From positions 96,001-160,000 of the forward strand of contig CAVPRW010000018.1 in NCBI GenBank assembly GCA_963707985.1: 64,000 nt of DNA, read 5' to 3'. How positions within the stretch are numbered: position 1 is the stretch's first letter; each line of letters opens with the position of its first letter. The stretch comes from an uncultured Nitrospinota bacterium. Lineage in GTDB: Bacteria; Tectomicrobia; Entotheonellia; J063; CAVPRW01. A program made the position numbers and the translations under genes. Below the pieces are notes generated by a model. The model was not told where the DNA came from and made no database searches. It worked only from the letters and a program-made list of their open reading frames with translations. Of the stretch, positions 22,720 to 33,003 are shown piece by piece.

Positions 22720-23514
22720 GGTTCTCCTCGCATGGCTTCTCTCACTCTATAGGAATAGACCTGGGATTGACCTCAATGCCGGTGACCGTCACCGGCGGTG
22801 CGCTGGGCCTCTCCTGTGTACTGCCGATTTAACCTCTGGGCAAACCGACCCCCTAGAGGAGCAAGAGTCGCAAGGTGCCCCCCAATGGGCACCACGAAAG
22901 GCGCATGCGGCTGAGCTGCTTTGTTGCCATCGCTTTTCTTCACTCCCCTGTGGGACGTCCATTCCCCACGGCCGGACACCACCGAACCATGCGCGACGCC
23001 AGCGAAAGCACCCAACGATACCATAACCCTAGCTTTCCCGCGAGCGCTTTTTCGCCCGTTCCGAGGTGGTGAGAAACTAATAGAACTGGTCCGCATCCAG
23101 GCGGCGCAGGCTACCCGCGCCCACCGCCCCTCAATCCGTTCATAGCCCCCATGCCTCAATGCCGCACCACATGCGACCCTCTCCTTGCGCGCGCAACGGC
23201 CAGCACCTCGATACCGAAGGCAGCCCACTCAATCAGATCTTGGATCACTCCGACCACTCCACTACCTGCGCCGGCCTCTGTCATACGTGCGCGTCCTTCG
23301 ACTTTCCCCATCAGGGCAACCTCTATGCCGCCCGGTTTCTGCCGCGCCTACAGGCGCCGGATCTCACAGGAGCCGCACCAACGCGTGGCGATAGCGGCTA
23401 GAATGAGGGGCCGGATGGGTTAAGTTACCCCTTGATGGACCATCTTGTGTCGCTGCTGAGGGTTCATAGCGGCGCCGTGGCTCCTTGGTGGCTTCCACCA
23501 CCAAGCGGCTCTGT

Positions 23515-24606
23515 CTATTTGGAGCCGAACCACTTGTCATAGAGTTGTTGATAGGTGCCGTCCTCACGAAGAGCGAGCAGCGCGCCGTTAACCCGCTTCC
23601 GCAGGGGACTGTCCAGCGGAAAAACGATGCCGACATCCTGCCTGTTAAATTCAGGCCCGACCATCTTCACCCATCCCTTCCCCTCATGCGCCGCATAGGA
23701 ACGGAGGGATGCCGCTCCGAAGAGCACCGCGTCCACCTTTTTGTCCAGCAGGGCCTGATACATTTCGTCGGTCAGCGGGACCTCTAGTACCTGCGCCCTG
23801 TGCTCCCGAAGATAATTGGCGGCGGTGCTGCTCGTGATCGTGGCCACCCGCTTCCCTGGCAGATCGTCAGGCCCGTTGATGGCGCCGCGAAATTGCTGAA
23901 CGGTCAACGTGGCCGTGAGCTGGGCGGTATAAAACGCCACGAATACGACACCGGTGAACATCCAGAGTATTGCGACTATGCGTGCGAGCCATTGGCGCGG
24001 CATCTGCTCGGCCTGCGTCGCCAGTGTGCTGGCCGCCCAATACAGTCCGTGCAAGATACCCGGGAAGTAGTTTGCGCTTGGAATGATGCCACCCTGGTGC
24101 CGCCGTTCGAGCAGCCAGACCACATGAGCCGGGCTCAGGATGAAAAGCAGGGCAATGCCGAGCCAGACAAGAATCGTTTTTGAAAACAGCAGACGGAGCA
24201 AGTCCCACAACGGGTTGGGCTCGGCGCGCTCGCCTGTATCGCGCACCATCACTTGCAAACCTGCATTCAATATGGGATAGGAGAATTCGAATTCCTTATC
24301 ACGTTCCGACGTATAAAAGAGGCCTGAGACGGCGACATCAGCCTTTTTGGACCGTACGGCCTCAAGCAGCGCAGTGACATCAGATGCCATCTGAAAGCTC
24401 GTCCTTCCCTGAAGCCTGGCGTCAATGGCGTTCCAAAGCTCGATGCTGAATCCGGTCAGTACGCCCGCTTGTTCCAACACAAAGGGGGGAAGAACCAGCG
24501 TCGCAACGTGGCGCTCCGGGCCCTCGTGCTGGGCCAGCGCCGAAGAAACTGCCATCACCGTCAGTGCTAGCATCGCGAAGTATCGCCCAAGAACTGCTGA
24601 CATCAA
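23515..24606 (-). CDS. GluR0-like ligand-binding plus ion-channel protein (SBP_bac_3 split by M1-P-M2)
   Basis: PPFV, GFSIELW, FSYP, VWLLER, LYWAASTL, FYTAQLTATLT, DDLPGKRV. Confidence 0.85.
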   Translation of the reverse strand: MMSAVLGRYFAMLALTVMAVSSALAQHEGPERHVATLVLPPFVLEQAGVLTGFSIELWNAIDARLQGRTSFQMASDVTALLEAVRSKKADVAVSGLFYTSERDKEFEFSYPILNAGLQVMVRDTGERAEPNPLWDLLRLLFSKTILVWLGIALLFILSPAHVVWLLERRHQGGIIPSANYFPGILHGLYWAASTLATQAEQMPRQWLARIVAILWMFTGVVFVAFYTAQLTATLTVQQFRGAINGPDDLPGKRVATITSSTAANYLREHRAQVLEVPLTDEMYQALLDKKVDAVLFGAASLRSYAAHEGKGWVKMVGPEFNRQDVGIVFPLDSPLRKRVNGALLALREDGTYQQLYDKWFGSK

Positions 24607-24914
24607 GGTGTCCCCTTTGACTGCTCGCCCTCTGACGAGGAGGTGGGCCGCGACACCAGCCTGGACCTGCCGACGTTTCCCGTTATGCTCTGCGATGGGG
24701 CTTGCCGGTCGGGCCCTTGATCCTAAGCTTCAGCTACGGCGCCTGCTACACGCCGGCAGGTGGCACAAACGGTCTAGGATGCAACGAGCGCTTTGACGCG
24801 TCCCTTTCTGAACGCTTTCACGAACGCCTTGTGATCACGCTCGGCCTGATCGGCATAATCGACCGTAAAGTCGCATATCGCTCGGTCCTCATATCAGAAG
24901 CCGCCGAGGGCTCC

Positions 24915-25140
24915 TAACCTCCGATCGCGGGCTCGAATATAAGAGATCGCCCCGAAGTAGGGGTGGCCCAGATAGTTGACATACCAGTGATCCCGGTCCC
25001 AGTAAGGACGCCGTACGTTCTCTCACTCGCGGCGCATACTGATTTGCCTTTGCTCCGCGGTCCATTTGGCCACATGCTACGGGAGGAGATACACGACCCC
25101 TGCCACTCTTGATCCGGTACTGTTGACGCCCCATTGGCCG
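24915..25140 (-). pseudogene. second DUF3943-like remnant
   Basis: Nucleotide similarity to 21330-21410 (GGGTGGCCCAGATAGTTGACATACCAG). Confidence 0.7.
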
Positions 25141-25724
25141 TCCCTGCCCAGCTCATCATGTTGCTATAGGCAGCCGGAAGAGAGCCACCTCTCAGTTTTT
25201 GCGGGATCCTCGCTCCTCAGGCGGGAGAGGAAGACCGAGCAGCGTCAGATCAAACGTGGGGGCAAAGGGATTCAGAAACCGGACGCCCTCGATGAAGAAC
25301 AGCCCTAACGTGAGCCCACCCTGTCCCCACCGACATCGATGACCGGGTCACGCCGAGGAGACGAACCTATGGGCTGCATAGCCTGCATGGCCATCAACAT
25401 CGCATGTACGCCTGGATCCCCCTCACGCATCAGTGGTCTCATCGCCTGAGCGTGGGGGTTCCTCCCTGGCGTGCTCGCTGCTACGGTCGAACGGAGCAAG
25501 AGTGGGAAACGGTAAGGGGAGGTAGCTTGAGCAAGTGAGATGCGTTTGCTCAGCCTGTTTCGAAACAGTCAACCTGGCTCAGAGAGTCGTCGTGACACTT
25601 TCATCGCCCTCTGAGTGACGCCGTTTTGTCGCTGAGGGAATGCCAACTGCGCCCACAGCATTTATCCGCACGGCGCAGGTACACGGCCGTCTATTGAGAT
25701 AGACTCATCATCAAGTCGCTACAA

Positions 25725-26810
25725 CTAATTAAATCGTGCTATCTCCCACCGCAACTGTCCTTCAGTTGGGGCCTGAATCGGCAGGAAGGCGGCCTCGCGC
25801 AGGCGCCGTGCGGTCGGACTGGTGAAGACATAGCCGCGCCCGCCCATCGTTTTGGCCTCCAGCGCGACCGCGGCGGTCGCCAGTCGGGCGCAGTCGAGCC
25901 GGATCTGAAGCGCGACTGGCACCGGCAGAGGCCGACGCCGGTCGCGCGCACCACTTCGGATGGCTCCGGCCAGCCGCGTCGCCTCGTCGGCCAGCTCGGC
26001 CAGGTCGGACACAAAGACCTCGTTGACGCCGCGCAGCCCACCGCGCACCTGACTCAGGGCGCGCCCGGCCAGGCCCCAGCAGAAGCTGCTCTGCAGCAGC
26101 AGGAAGGTCGAGCGGATGCGCCCGATGAAGCCGCTGAAGTCGTCGGTGACGATGGCCTCGGCCTCCAGCGGCACGTCAACCAGGGTAAGCGACGAGCTAC
26201 CCGTCGCCTGTAAGGCCAGTAGGGCCGGGTTCGGCTCGACCATCAGTCCGGGCGCATCTCCAGGCAGCGCGACGATCAGCGGGCGGGCACCGTCCGGCCC
26301 AGCCACGGCGGTGATCAACACGAAGCCGGATGCAAACAAGTTCGAGGCCCAGAAGACGCGTCCGCTTAGCCGCAGCTGATTGCCGTCGCGGCGGGCGCTG
26401 ATCGGCAGCGGCGTGCCGATCACGTGATGGGCCACGGCGCTGGCCAGCCCCGTCGAGCCGAGCCGTTCGGCCCGCAGTAGCTGTGGCAGAAGCTCACGCC
26501 GCGCCCAGCTGCCAGGCACCGCACAAGCCAGGTAGTCGAGTACCATGCGATGACACCAGAGCGAGAAGGCACTACTCATATCCGACCAGGCGACGGTCGC
26601 GATCGTCTCGGCCACCTGCACCAGGTCATCGTTGGGGCTAGCCGCTGGATCGGCCCACCCCTCCCAGGCACCGAAGTGCCTGCGGTGCAGGAAGTCGATG
26701 CCCTCCTGCACGCCGACTTGGCCAGCATCGACCGCCTGCGCACGCGGCTCGAAGAAGGCATAGACCTGCTCGCGCGCGGCCGGCGCCAGCCGCAACTCAG
26801 CGGACGACAT
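25725..26810 (-). CDS. acyl-CoA dehydrogenase-like protein
   Basis: DMSSAFSLWCHRM, WASNL, GGRGY, RRLREAAFLPIQAP. Confidence 0.85.
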   Translation of the reverse strand: MSSAELRLAPAAREQVYAFFEPRAQAVDAGQVGVQEGIDFLHRRHFGAWEGWADPAASPNDDLVQVAETIATVAWSDMSSAFSLWCHRMVLDYLACAVPGSWARRELLPQLLRAERLGSTGLASAVAHHVIGTPLPISARRDGNQLRLSGRVFWASNLFASGFVLITAVAGPDGARPLIVALPGDAPGLMVEPNPALLALQATGSSSLTLVDVPLEAEAIVTDDFSGFIGRIRSTFLLLQSSFCWGLAGRALSQVRGGLRGVNEVFVSDLAELADEATRLAGAIRSGARDRRRPLPVPVALQIRLDCARLATAAVALEAKTMGGRGYVFTSPTARRLREAAFLPIQAPTEGQLRWEIARFN

Positions 26811-27336
26811 CGGGCACCCCAGCCAGGCGCGTCACCCGGTCGAAGGGCGTCTCGACGGCGGCACGAGCGCGGCAGACGGCGTCCTCGTCGGGGGCGTCAT
26901 AGAGGCAGAGGCACTTAGCCATGTCCTCGCGGACGTAAGTGCGCAGGAAGCGGACCTCCGGCACCTTGGCGTACAGCGGCGACTTCTCTCGCTTACGGGC
27001 CAGGTAGGTGTCCATCGTCAGCATTGCGGGCAGCTCCCATTCGACCAGGTAGTCGGCCGCGCCGCGAGATGCCTTGACCTGATCGAGCGTCGCCCCGACC
27101 AGCCGCACCTCGGCCACGTCGCTCACTGCCTCCCCGCTGGCCGACAGTGCCGCCGACAGCCCGGCCGGCTCGGCATGCTCGGCGACCAAATAGACCGGTG
27201 TCAGCTCTGCGCCGACTTGGATCTCGATCACCTCGCCGCCGTCCCGGCGGACCACCGCGGCGATCCGGTCGAAGATGGGCGTCAGCTCCTCGCGACTGCC
27301 AACAGCCGGCTTCAACTCCGCCAGAACGAGTGCCAT
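26797..27336 (-). CDS. DUF4242-domain protein
   Basis: YLVEW, FLRTYVREDMAKCLCLYDAPDE; GGGAGGGAG RBS before ATG 27336. Confidence 0.8.
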   Translation of the reverse strand: MALVLAELKPAVGSREELTPIFDRIAAVVRRDGGEVIEIQVGAELTPVYLVAEHAEPAGLSAALSASGEAVSDVAEVRLVGATLDQVKASRGAADYLVEWELPAMLTMDTYLARKREKSPLYAKVPEVRFLRTYVREDMAKCLCLYDAPDEDAVCRARAAVETPFDRVTRLAGVPDVVR

Positions 27337-27519
27337 AGCTCGTCTCCCTCCCGCACTATCTGTACAGACCTGAACCGTCCCAGGTTGTACATGACTGTGT
27401 TGACCGAAATAGTACGCACGGGCAGGCAGTATAGCCGCGGCAGAGGGCAGCGTCAAGCAACCGGCGCGGCCACCTTGCAGGCCCTGACGGCGCGGGTCTG
27501 TTGTGGGGGCAGCACGGCT

Positions 27520-28240
27520 GGCCGCCCGCACCGTCGGAGCGATGTCGATGACGTGGTGGAACTGGGACCGGACCTCGCTCTTGGCCTTGATCCCCTTGCC
27601 CCAGTGCACGACCATGGCGTTGCGGGTGCCACCGAAGTGCGACCCCACCTGCATGGTCCACTGGAAGGGTGTGTCGCCGGTAATGGCCCAGCCCGCGTGG
27701 ATGTGGTTGAAGGCCATCGGCCCGCCGAAGCTTCCCAGGTGGCCGAACCCGATGTCGTCGAGGAGTACGACCACGACGTTGGGCGCGCCTTTCGGGCCAG
27801 TGAGTCCGAGCGATTCTCGGAAATTTCCCGGAACATCCAGCCGTACTCGAAGTGCCTGCGTGAAGTCCACGCCCGCGGGCCCTTCGGTCCGAAGTAGAGG
27901 CCCACCGAGCGATTGCTGTAAGACCGACCGGGTCTGTGTGTCGTAGTGAATGAGCGACCAGAAGGGCTGTACCGGCACATTCGGAGGCAAATGCAGGTCG
28001 TAGGTCTTCGAGCCATGCAGGGAGTTGCGGTCGGCGTCGAGCGTGGCCACGGCATATGGCGATCCGCCTCCGACGATTTTCACGGACATCGCGGGGGTGG
28101 TGCCGACGGCCGGGGAGAAGAAGCAGATTCGCGCGTGGATCAGCCGGACGTCGTTCCGGATGAATTCGTGCCTTCGGCTGCCCTCGGAACCGGAGTCGAT
28201 CCGTCGCCAAGGAAGCGGGGCGACCCTTCCCTGCCCAGGC
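27520..28240 (-). pseudogene. mosaic of DUF1254/DUF1214 and arylsulfatase fragments
   Basis: LHLPPNVPVQPFWSLIHYD (DUF1214) then PNVVVVLLDDIGFG, TPFQW, HFGGTRN, QFHHVIDIAPT (sulfatase). Confidence 0.75.
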
Positions 28241-28245
28241 GATTC

Positions 28246-28458
28246 CTAACAGTGATAGACGCCAACCGCACAGCGCCTGGCGGTGCGCCGCGCCACCCCT
28301 GCAACGCTCACCGGCGTGAGTGGTCGCCCCACGACAGCCTCGGCCGACGAGAAAATGCCGTGTACGCCGGGGATCGAGAGCCGCTCTCCCAGTTCGAGGG
28401 CACACAGGCCGATGATCCCGGCCATCAAGACGATCCTGACTCGCTTCGATACAGTCAT
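28246..28458 (-). CDS. small exported protein with GRPLTPVSVAGVARR motif
   Basis: GGAGG RBS, overlaps the DUF2092 stop, hydrophobic N-terminus. Confidence 0.7.
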   Translation of the reverse strand: MTVSKRVRIVLMAGIIGLCALELGERLSIPGVHGIFSSAEAVVGRPLTPVSVAGVARRTARRCAVGVYHC

Positions 28459-29267
28459 TTTCTACCTCCTACCGCAAAGATCTGCGGCAATTCATCCATG
28501 TTGGGGAGATCTTTCAGATCCATCTTTTTAGCGCTCGTTGCATTTTTGAAGCTGAAATCCTCGGACCCAACCTCGTCGCCGGTTTTCCAATCCCTGATCG
28601 TGAGGCTGTATTCCGGTGCCTGCGCAACCTTCGTGCTGGTGATGACATAGCGGCACGGATAGGGACGGCTCCCCTGCGCAATCCAGATCTGCCAGTCGAC
28701 TTCTTTTGTTCGAAAGGCGAGGTGATCGCATTCGACCCCGCCGATCACGCCGCTACCAAGGTCCTTGACGTTGACCACGTTGGCCATGGCTTTGTCGTAG
28801 ATATTCGATGACACTACGTCTGCGCCAGGCATGGGTTTCTTGTATTTATTCCGCAACTCGTCGATCAAATGATCGATCGTGCCGGGCACTTCGACCTGGC
28901 CATAGAGGTTCACCGTCTTGCCGAGCAGCGTCAGTGTTTTCCCATCAAAAATAACCACGATATCCGCAAACCCACCGGTGCGCGTATAGCGGATCTTGTC
29001 GGGCCGATTGAGCGTGATCGTTCCCGAACTCGCGAGCCCGAGCTTCTGCTTGTCTTTGGTGACGATCTCGAGGATGGTATCGTATTGGAACGCTATGGCC
29101 TTCTGCGCCGCCATGTAATCGGACATGGCCTTGAGCAGCTTCCTGGCGTCTGCCTCATCGGCGCGCGCTCCGGAGAGTGCCCCCACCAGTCCAAGCATCA
29201 AGGCCAGCGTGGCAATGCACAGGCGCGCCGTAGCGGTTCTCGCTGGTTTCCCGCCTACCATCTGCAA
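28455..29267 (-). CDS. DUF2092 periplasmic protein
   Basis: LKAMSDY, RPDK, GVECDHLAFR..VDWQIWI. Confidence 0.85.
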   Translation of the reverse strand: MQMVGGKPARTATARLCIATLALMLGLVGALSGARADEADARKLLKAMSDYMAAQKAIAFQYDTILEIVTKDKQKLGLASSGTITLNRPDKIRYTRTGGFADIVVIFDGKTLTLLGKTVNLYGQVEVPGTIDHLIDELRNKYKKPMPGADVVSSNIYDKAMANVVNVKDLGSGVIGGVECDHLAFRTKEVDWQIWIAQGSRPYPCRYVITSTKVAQAPEYSLTIRDWKTGDEVGSEDFSFKNATSAKKMDLKDLPNMDELPQIFAVGGRK

Positions 29268-29672
29268 CTGAGGCCCTCCCTCGTTACGTGTGTTGACCTC
29301 TCAACCCCGCATCCACCGGATGATCGGCTGGTTGAGGCGGACACTGCCACAACGGCTGGGCACTGTCAAGATCAAAAACAGCATGTATTGCTGAGACGTG
29401 GTCTGGTCGCAATTGTTTGACCCCGTAAAATGACCGCTCAGGTGCGTACCCAAGCCCCTCATGCGGCGCGGAGGGGCTGGCCATGGGGGTCGAAGCGGCC
29501 GAGACAGCGGGAGCCGTACCACACCGAATGATGGCCCTACCCTATCCCATCCTGCGCTGCCTGTTCGGACCGCGCTACACCGCGCTCCGCCTGTCTGCGG
29601 GCCGCTCCGGCGGGGGCGCGGCCGGGGTCGTGTCTCAGCTGCACCTGGTGTACACGTTGTCGATCGTGTCGA

Positions 29673-30102
29673 TCACCTGGGTGGATTGACGACGATATAG
29701 GTTACCTGGGAACCCGCATATTGCGGCTGGTACCAGGCACCACCGCAGCTCTGGTAGGCGAGTCCATTGACGATGACAGTGGAGCAAGACGGGGGCAGCG
29801 CCGATGCCGCGATGGCCGAGCTGACCACGGCAGCAGTTACACCTACCACTACCCCCGCGGCCACAGCACCGCCCACGCCCACGTGGTTATAGCAACATCC
29901 GCCACTGACGTTGACGTGACGATTGATGTTGACGTTAGCGGTATTGACATTCACGTTGCGGTTGACGTTGGCGGTATTGACGTTTGTGCGGGTTGCTCCC
30001 TCGGGTCACGTAGGCCTGTGCACCGCTGCTCATCACGAGCATGAGCGCGGCCAGCGCTGGCATGAAGAGCCGGCTGCAGGATCTGTAGGGGCACATGAAC
30101 AT
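29673..30102 (-). CDS. exported Asn/Val-repeat protein, +1 frameshift ~29998
   Basis: Signal peptide, tandem NVNTANVN repeats, LPPSC...YQSCGGAWYQP. Confidence 0.65.
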
Positions 30103-30356
30103 GTGTGTCTCCTCTTGACTTGGTTGCATTCGCCGCCTGGCCGACGAAGACGATTCTGTGCCACTCTCCGCGCCGAATGACCACGCGTGCACCAGGACGA
30201 ACTAAACGTCATGCATTCCCTCACCGTCTGTGACAAACGTGCGCAATTTGTTGGAATCTCGCGACAATCGTGCAAGGAGGGAAAAAAAACATGGGAACTC
30301 GATCAGACTACAGAGACGTAGGGTTAGGTTAGGGTGCATGCGCTCTGGGAGATTCC

Positions 30357-30786
30357 CTAGAACAAGATGCCGAGCAGCCGTTTCAGCAGTTCTTCCAGCG
30401 GCATCATGGTGGGCGGCGAGCTGGAGGATAGCCTCCTTCGTGACAGGCGCGAGGCGCATGGTCCGCACCACCTCGAAACTATTGCCCAGATCGGCGAGGG
30501 ACTGGAGGTCAGCGCTCCCCACCAACGACTCCTCGACCGGCGCGCCGCCGCGCAGCCACTTGGCATCGAACTCGCGCACGTAGCGCTGGGCCAGCGTGCC
30601 ATCCTCGCGAGTGCCCGTGCGCTTCGCCTGAGCCAGCTGAGGTGCGAACACCAGGAGTGGGCCGAGCACTGCACACAGCAGCAAGCTGATGAGGACGGCG
30701 ATCTCGATCTTGAAGTCAGGCAGTGCGGCCGCAAGGTAGAAGATGCGATTGGTGATCAATCCGGCCAGTAAGGCGCCGTGCGCCAC
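30357..30786 (-). pseudogene. membrane protein C-terminal fragment
   Basis: PLLVFAPQL, FDAKWLRG, SADLQSLADLGNS. Confidence 0.6.
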
Positions 30787-30833
30787 GGTCAGCTTTCACA
30801 CACTCGGCTGCCAGTGCTCGTTGCGCCACGGTT

Positions 30834-31133
30834 CTAGTGGACCGCAAGGGTGCAGGCTCGACCCTTCCCCTTCCAGCGGTCCATGTCCAGGCCAGGGAAA
30901 CTCAGCAATGGTCCCTTCAATGGGTTCCGCGCGCGCAGATCACCGCCGTAGCGATTGCGGATGCCGTTCACCTCGTGCACGGTGAGTCGCAACACCGCGT
31001 CGACGGGATACCCGGCCTGGTGGAAGGTGATGGGTCCGACCAATGGGGGAAAGGTCGCCGCCACGCTCCCCCCGGAAATACTGGATAGGTAGGTCACTTG
31101 CTCCAGGCTTCTTGCGAGCCTCTTCCCATCCAC
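30834..31133 (-). pseudogene. mosaic of patatin-like and lipoprotein fragments
   Basis: YLSSISGGSVAA, FPPLVGPIT, QAGYPVD. Confidence 0.45.
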
Positions 31134-31138
31134 CGCAG

Positions 31139-31996
31139 TTACTCTGGTAGGCCATTTAGGCGATACATCGTTTGGAGCAAAGGACTGGCGCGGTCAACGG
31201 CACCGAACCAGCGTTCGTAGATCGGATAGATTTGCCCGGAGCGATAGAGCTGTGACAACACGCGATTGACCGCCAGGCGAAAATCGACATCTCCCCGGCG
31301 AAGCATCAAGCCATACGGTTCGTAGGACAAATACTCCTCGGCCAGCGCGAGCTTGGTCGGGTCCATGGACGTCAGCGCCAAGCCGATGAGGACCACCCGG
31401 TCCGAGGCATAGGCGTCGACGCTGCCGTTCTCCAGAGCGGCGATGCCGTCGGGGTGCTCTCTCACCCCAACCAGCTCAACCGCCATGTTCATCTTCTGGA
31501 TGGCCTCGGCCAGCACGTGCTCGGTCGTGGTGCCGGGGATCACCGCCACGCGCTTGCCAGCGAGGTCTGAGAGGCCGTTGATATGGGAGGCGGTGCGGAC
31601 GAGCAAGCTGCCGCCGTCCACAAAAATCATCTGACTGAAATCCACCTGTGCCTGTCGGGAAAGTGTGTTCGTGGTGGTACCGCACTCGAGGTCGATCGTG
31701 CCGTTCGCGACCATGGTCAGGCGGTTCTCTGGGGTCACCGGCGTCCACGTGATGTGCAGATCGGTCAGGCCCAACTGTTCCTGGATGCTCGCGGCCACGC
31801 GCGTACACAGGTCGATGGTATAGCCCACAGGTTTTTTCTCATCACCGACGTAGGAGAATGGCCGGGAGGCCTCGCGATACCCCATGGTGATGGTTTTGGC
31901 GAATTTGATTTTTTCGAGAGTACCTTGAACCGGCTGTCCGAACGCCGAGCTCGTCAGACAGCACAGGAAGCACAGCACGCTTAGCCACTGCGTCAT
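31139..31996 (-). CDS. amino acid ABC transporter substrate-binding protein (GltI-like)
   Basis: GYREASRPFSY, DLECGTTTNTLSR, SYEPYGLM. Confidence 0.92.
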   Translation of the reverse strand: MTQWLSVLCFLCCLTSSAFGQPVQGTLEKIKFAKTITMGYREASRPFSYVGDEKKPVGYTIDLCTRVAASIQEQLGLTDLHITWTPVTPENRLTMVANGTIDLECGTTTNTLSRQAQVDFSQMIFVDGGSLLVRTASHINGLSDLAGKRVAVIPGTTTEHVLAEAIQKMNMAVELVGVREHPDGIAALENGSVDAYASDRVVLIGLALTSMDPTKLALAEEYLSYEPYGLMLRRGDVDFRLAVNRVLSQLYRSGQIYPIYERWFGAVDRASPLLQTMYRLNGLPE

Positions 31997-32141
31997 GCCC
32001 TTCTCCTCTCCGGGTCTCTGAAATTCGCCGACACGGCGTGAAGACTCGTGCCGCCACCGGCAGTCGGCGGCGCCGTGATCTTGGCGTTGGAAGAGAGACT
32101 CAGTGTCCGCCGTTAGGAGTCATTGCGGAGTCTGCGCTGCC

Positions 32142-32810
32142 CTAAGGACTTGTGGATGGGCTGCGCAGATTCACAATCAGGATGTAGACGCTGACCACAC
32201 ACACCCACCCAGGAAAGATCAGTATCACCCACAGGCTCGAACTGATGCTCAGCAGCAGCCCCAGCGCTAGCGCATAGGTGAACAACGTCAGCCAGCGCGG
32301 CATGACCCGCGTCCGGACCCATGTCGTCCCCAACGAGATCATGAACACCCCGGCCATCTTGATGCCGTAGACGTTGGTGATGTGGTACATCACCGTCCGA
32401 GCGAACGTATAGACGCCGCTGTCCATGAGTCTTCTAGATTCGAAGGCGTAGGCGGCCAGGGTCCCGCCGGCGAGCGCTGCCGAGGCAAACATCATGGCCA
32501 GGAACAGCAGCCCGCTGCCAAAGAACACGGTCGAGAAGAACTGGTCCTCTAACCGCCCGAGGTGGTCACGTACTACGCCCATGAACCATAAGAAGGCGAT
32601 GCCTGCGAACGGCAGCAGACTCAGCGCCAGCCTGACGATTCCTGCCCTCTCTTTTAGCCATACGCCGCCATCTTCCGGATTGGCAGGGATGGACAACCGG
32701 ATGAGCACAACGCTGGTGCTGAACAGCACCGCAAAGAGGATGCCGGCGAGGGCGGCGGCGCGCGGCGTCTTGAGTTTCTGGCTTGTGAAGCGAAGCTGTC
32801 CGTCAGGCAT
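32142..32810 (-). CDS. hypothetical membrane protein
   Basis: TPRAAALAG, PFAGIAFLWFMGVVRD; several TM helices. Confidence 0.75.
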   Translation of the reverse strand: MPDGQLRFTSQKLKTPRAAALAGILFAVLFSTSVVLIRLSIPANPEDGGVWLKERAGIVRLALSLLPFAGIAFLWFMGVVRDHLGRLEDQFFSTVFFGSGLLFLAMMFASAALAGGTLAAYAFESRRLMDSGVYTFARTVMYHITNVYGIKMAGVFMISLGTTWVRTRVMPRWLTLFTYALALGLLLSISSSLWVILIFPGWVCVVSVYILIVNLRSPSTSP

Positions 32811-33003
32811 GGCTTCCTCCACGGAGATGGCCTGGTCAGAGTGCCATGCGGCACGAGCGCCATGCCTCCTGTAACGTTCCGAGCCTAGGTCAGCACGCGT
32901 TGGGCAAGCGTTCATCGAGCCGGACGCGGGCGTTAATCTGCTACAAGAGTGAGTTAAGGGGTCTTCACCATGGTGCCTGACGCCTCCAAACCCATCGCCT
33001 AGC

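Noticed and set aside
20862..25140. DUF3943 duplicate as a DGR template repeat
   Set aside because: Differences are not adenine-specific and no intact RT is nearby; it is a paralog remnant
26797..28089. 430-aa DUF1214-sulfatase-DUF4242 multidomain protein
   Set aside because: The pieces are short and incomplete (no CxPxR); DUF4242 has its own RBS and start at 27336
29925..29990. Short direct repeats as CRISPR
   Set aside because: Two in-frame coding repeats, no spacers, no cas genes
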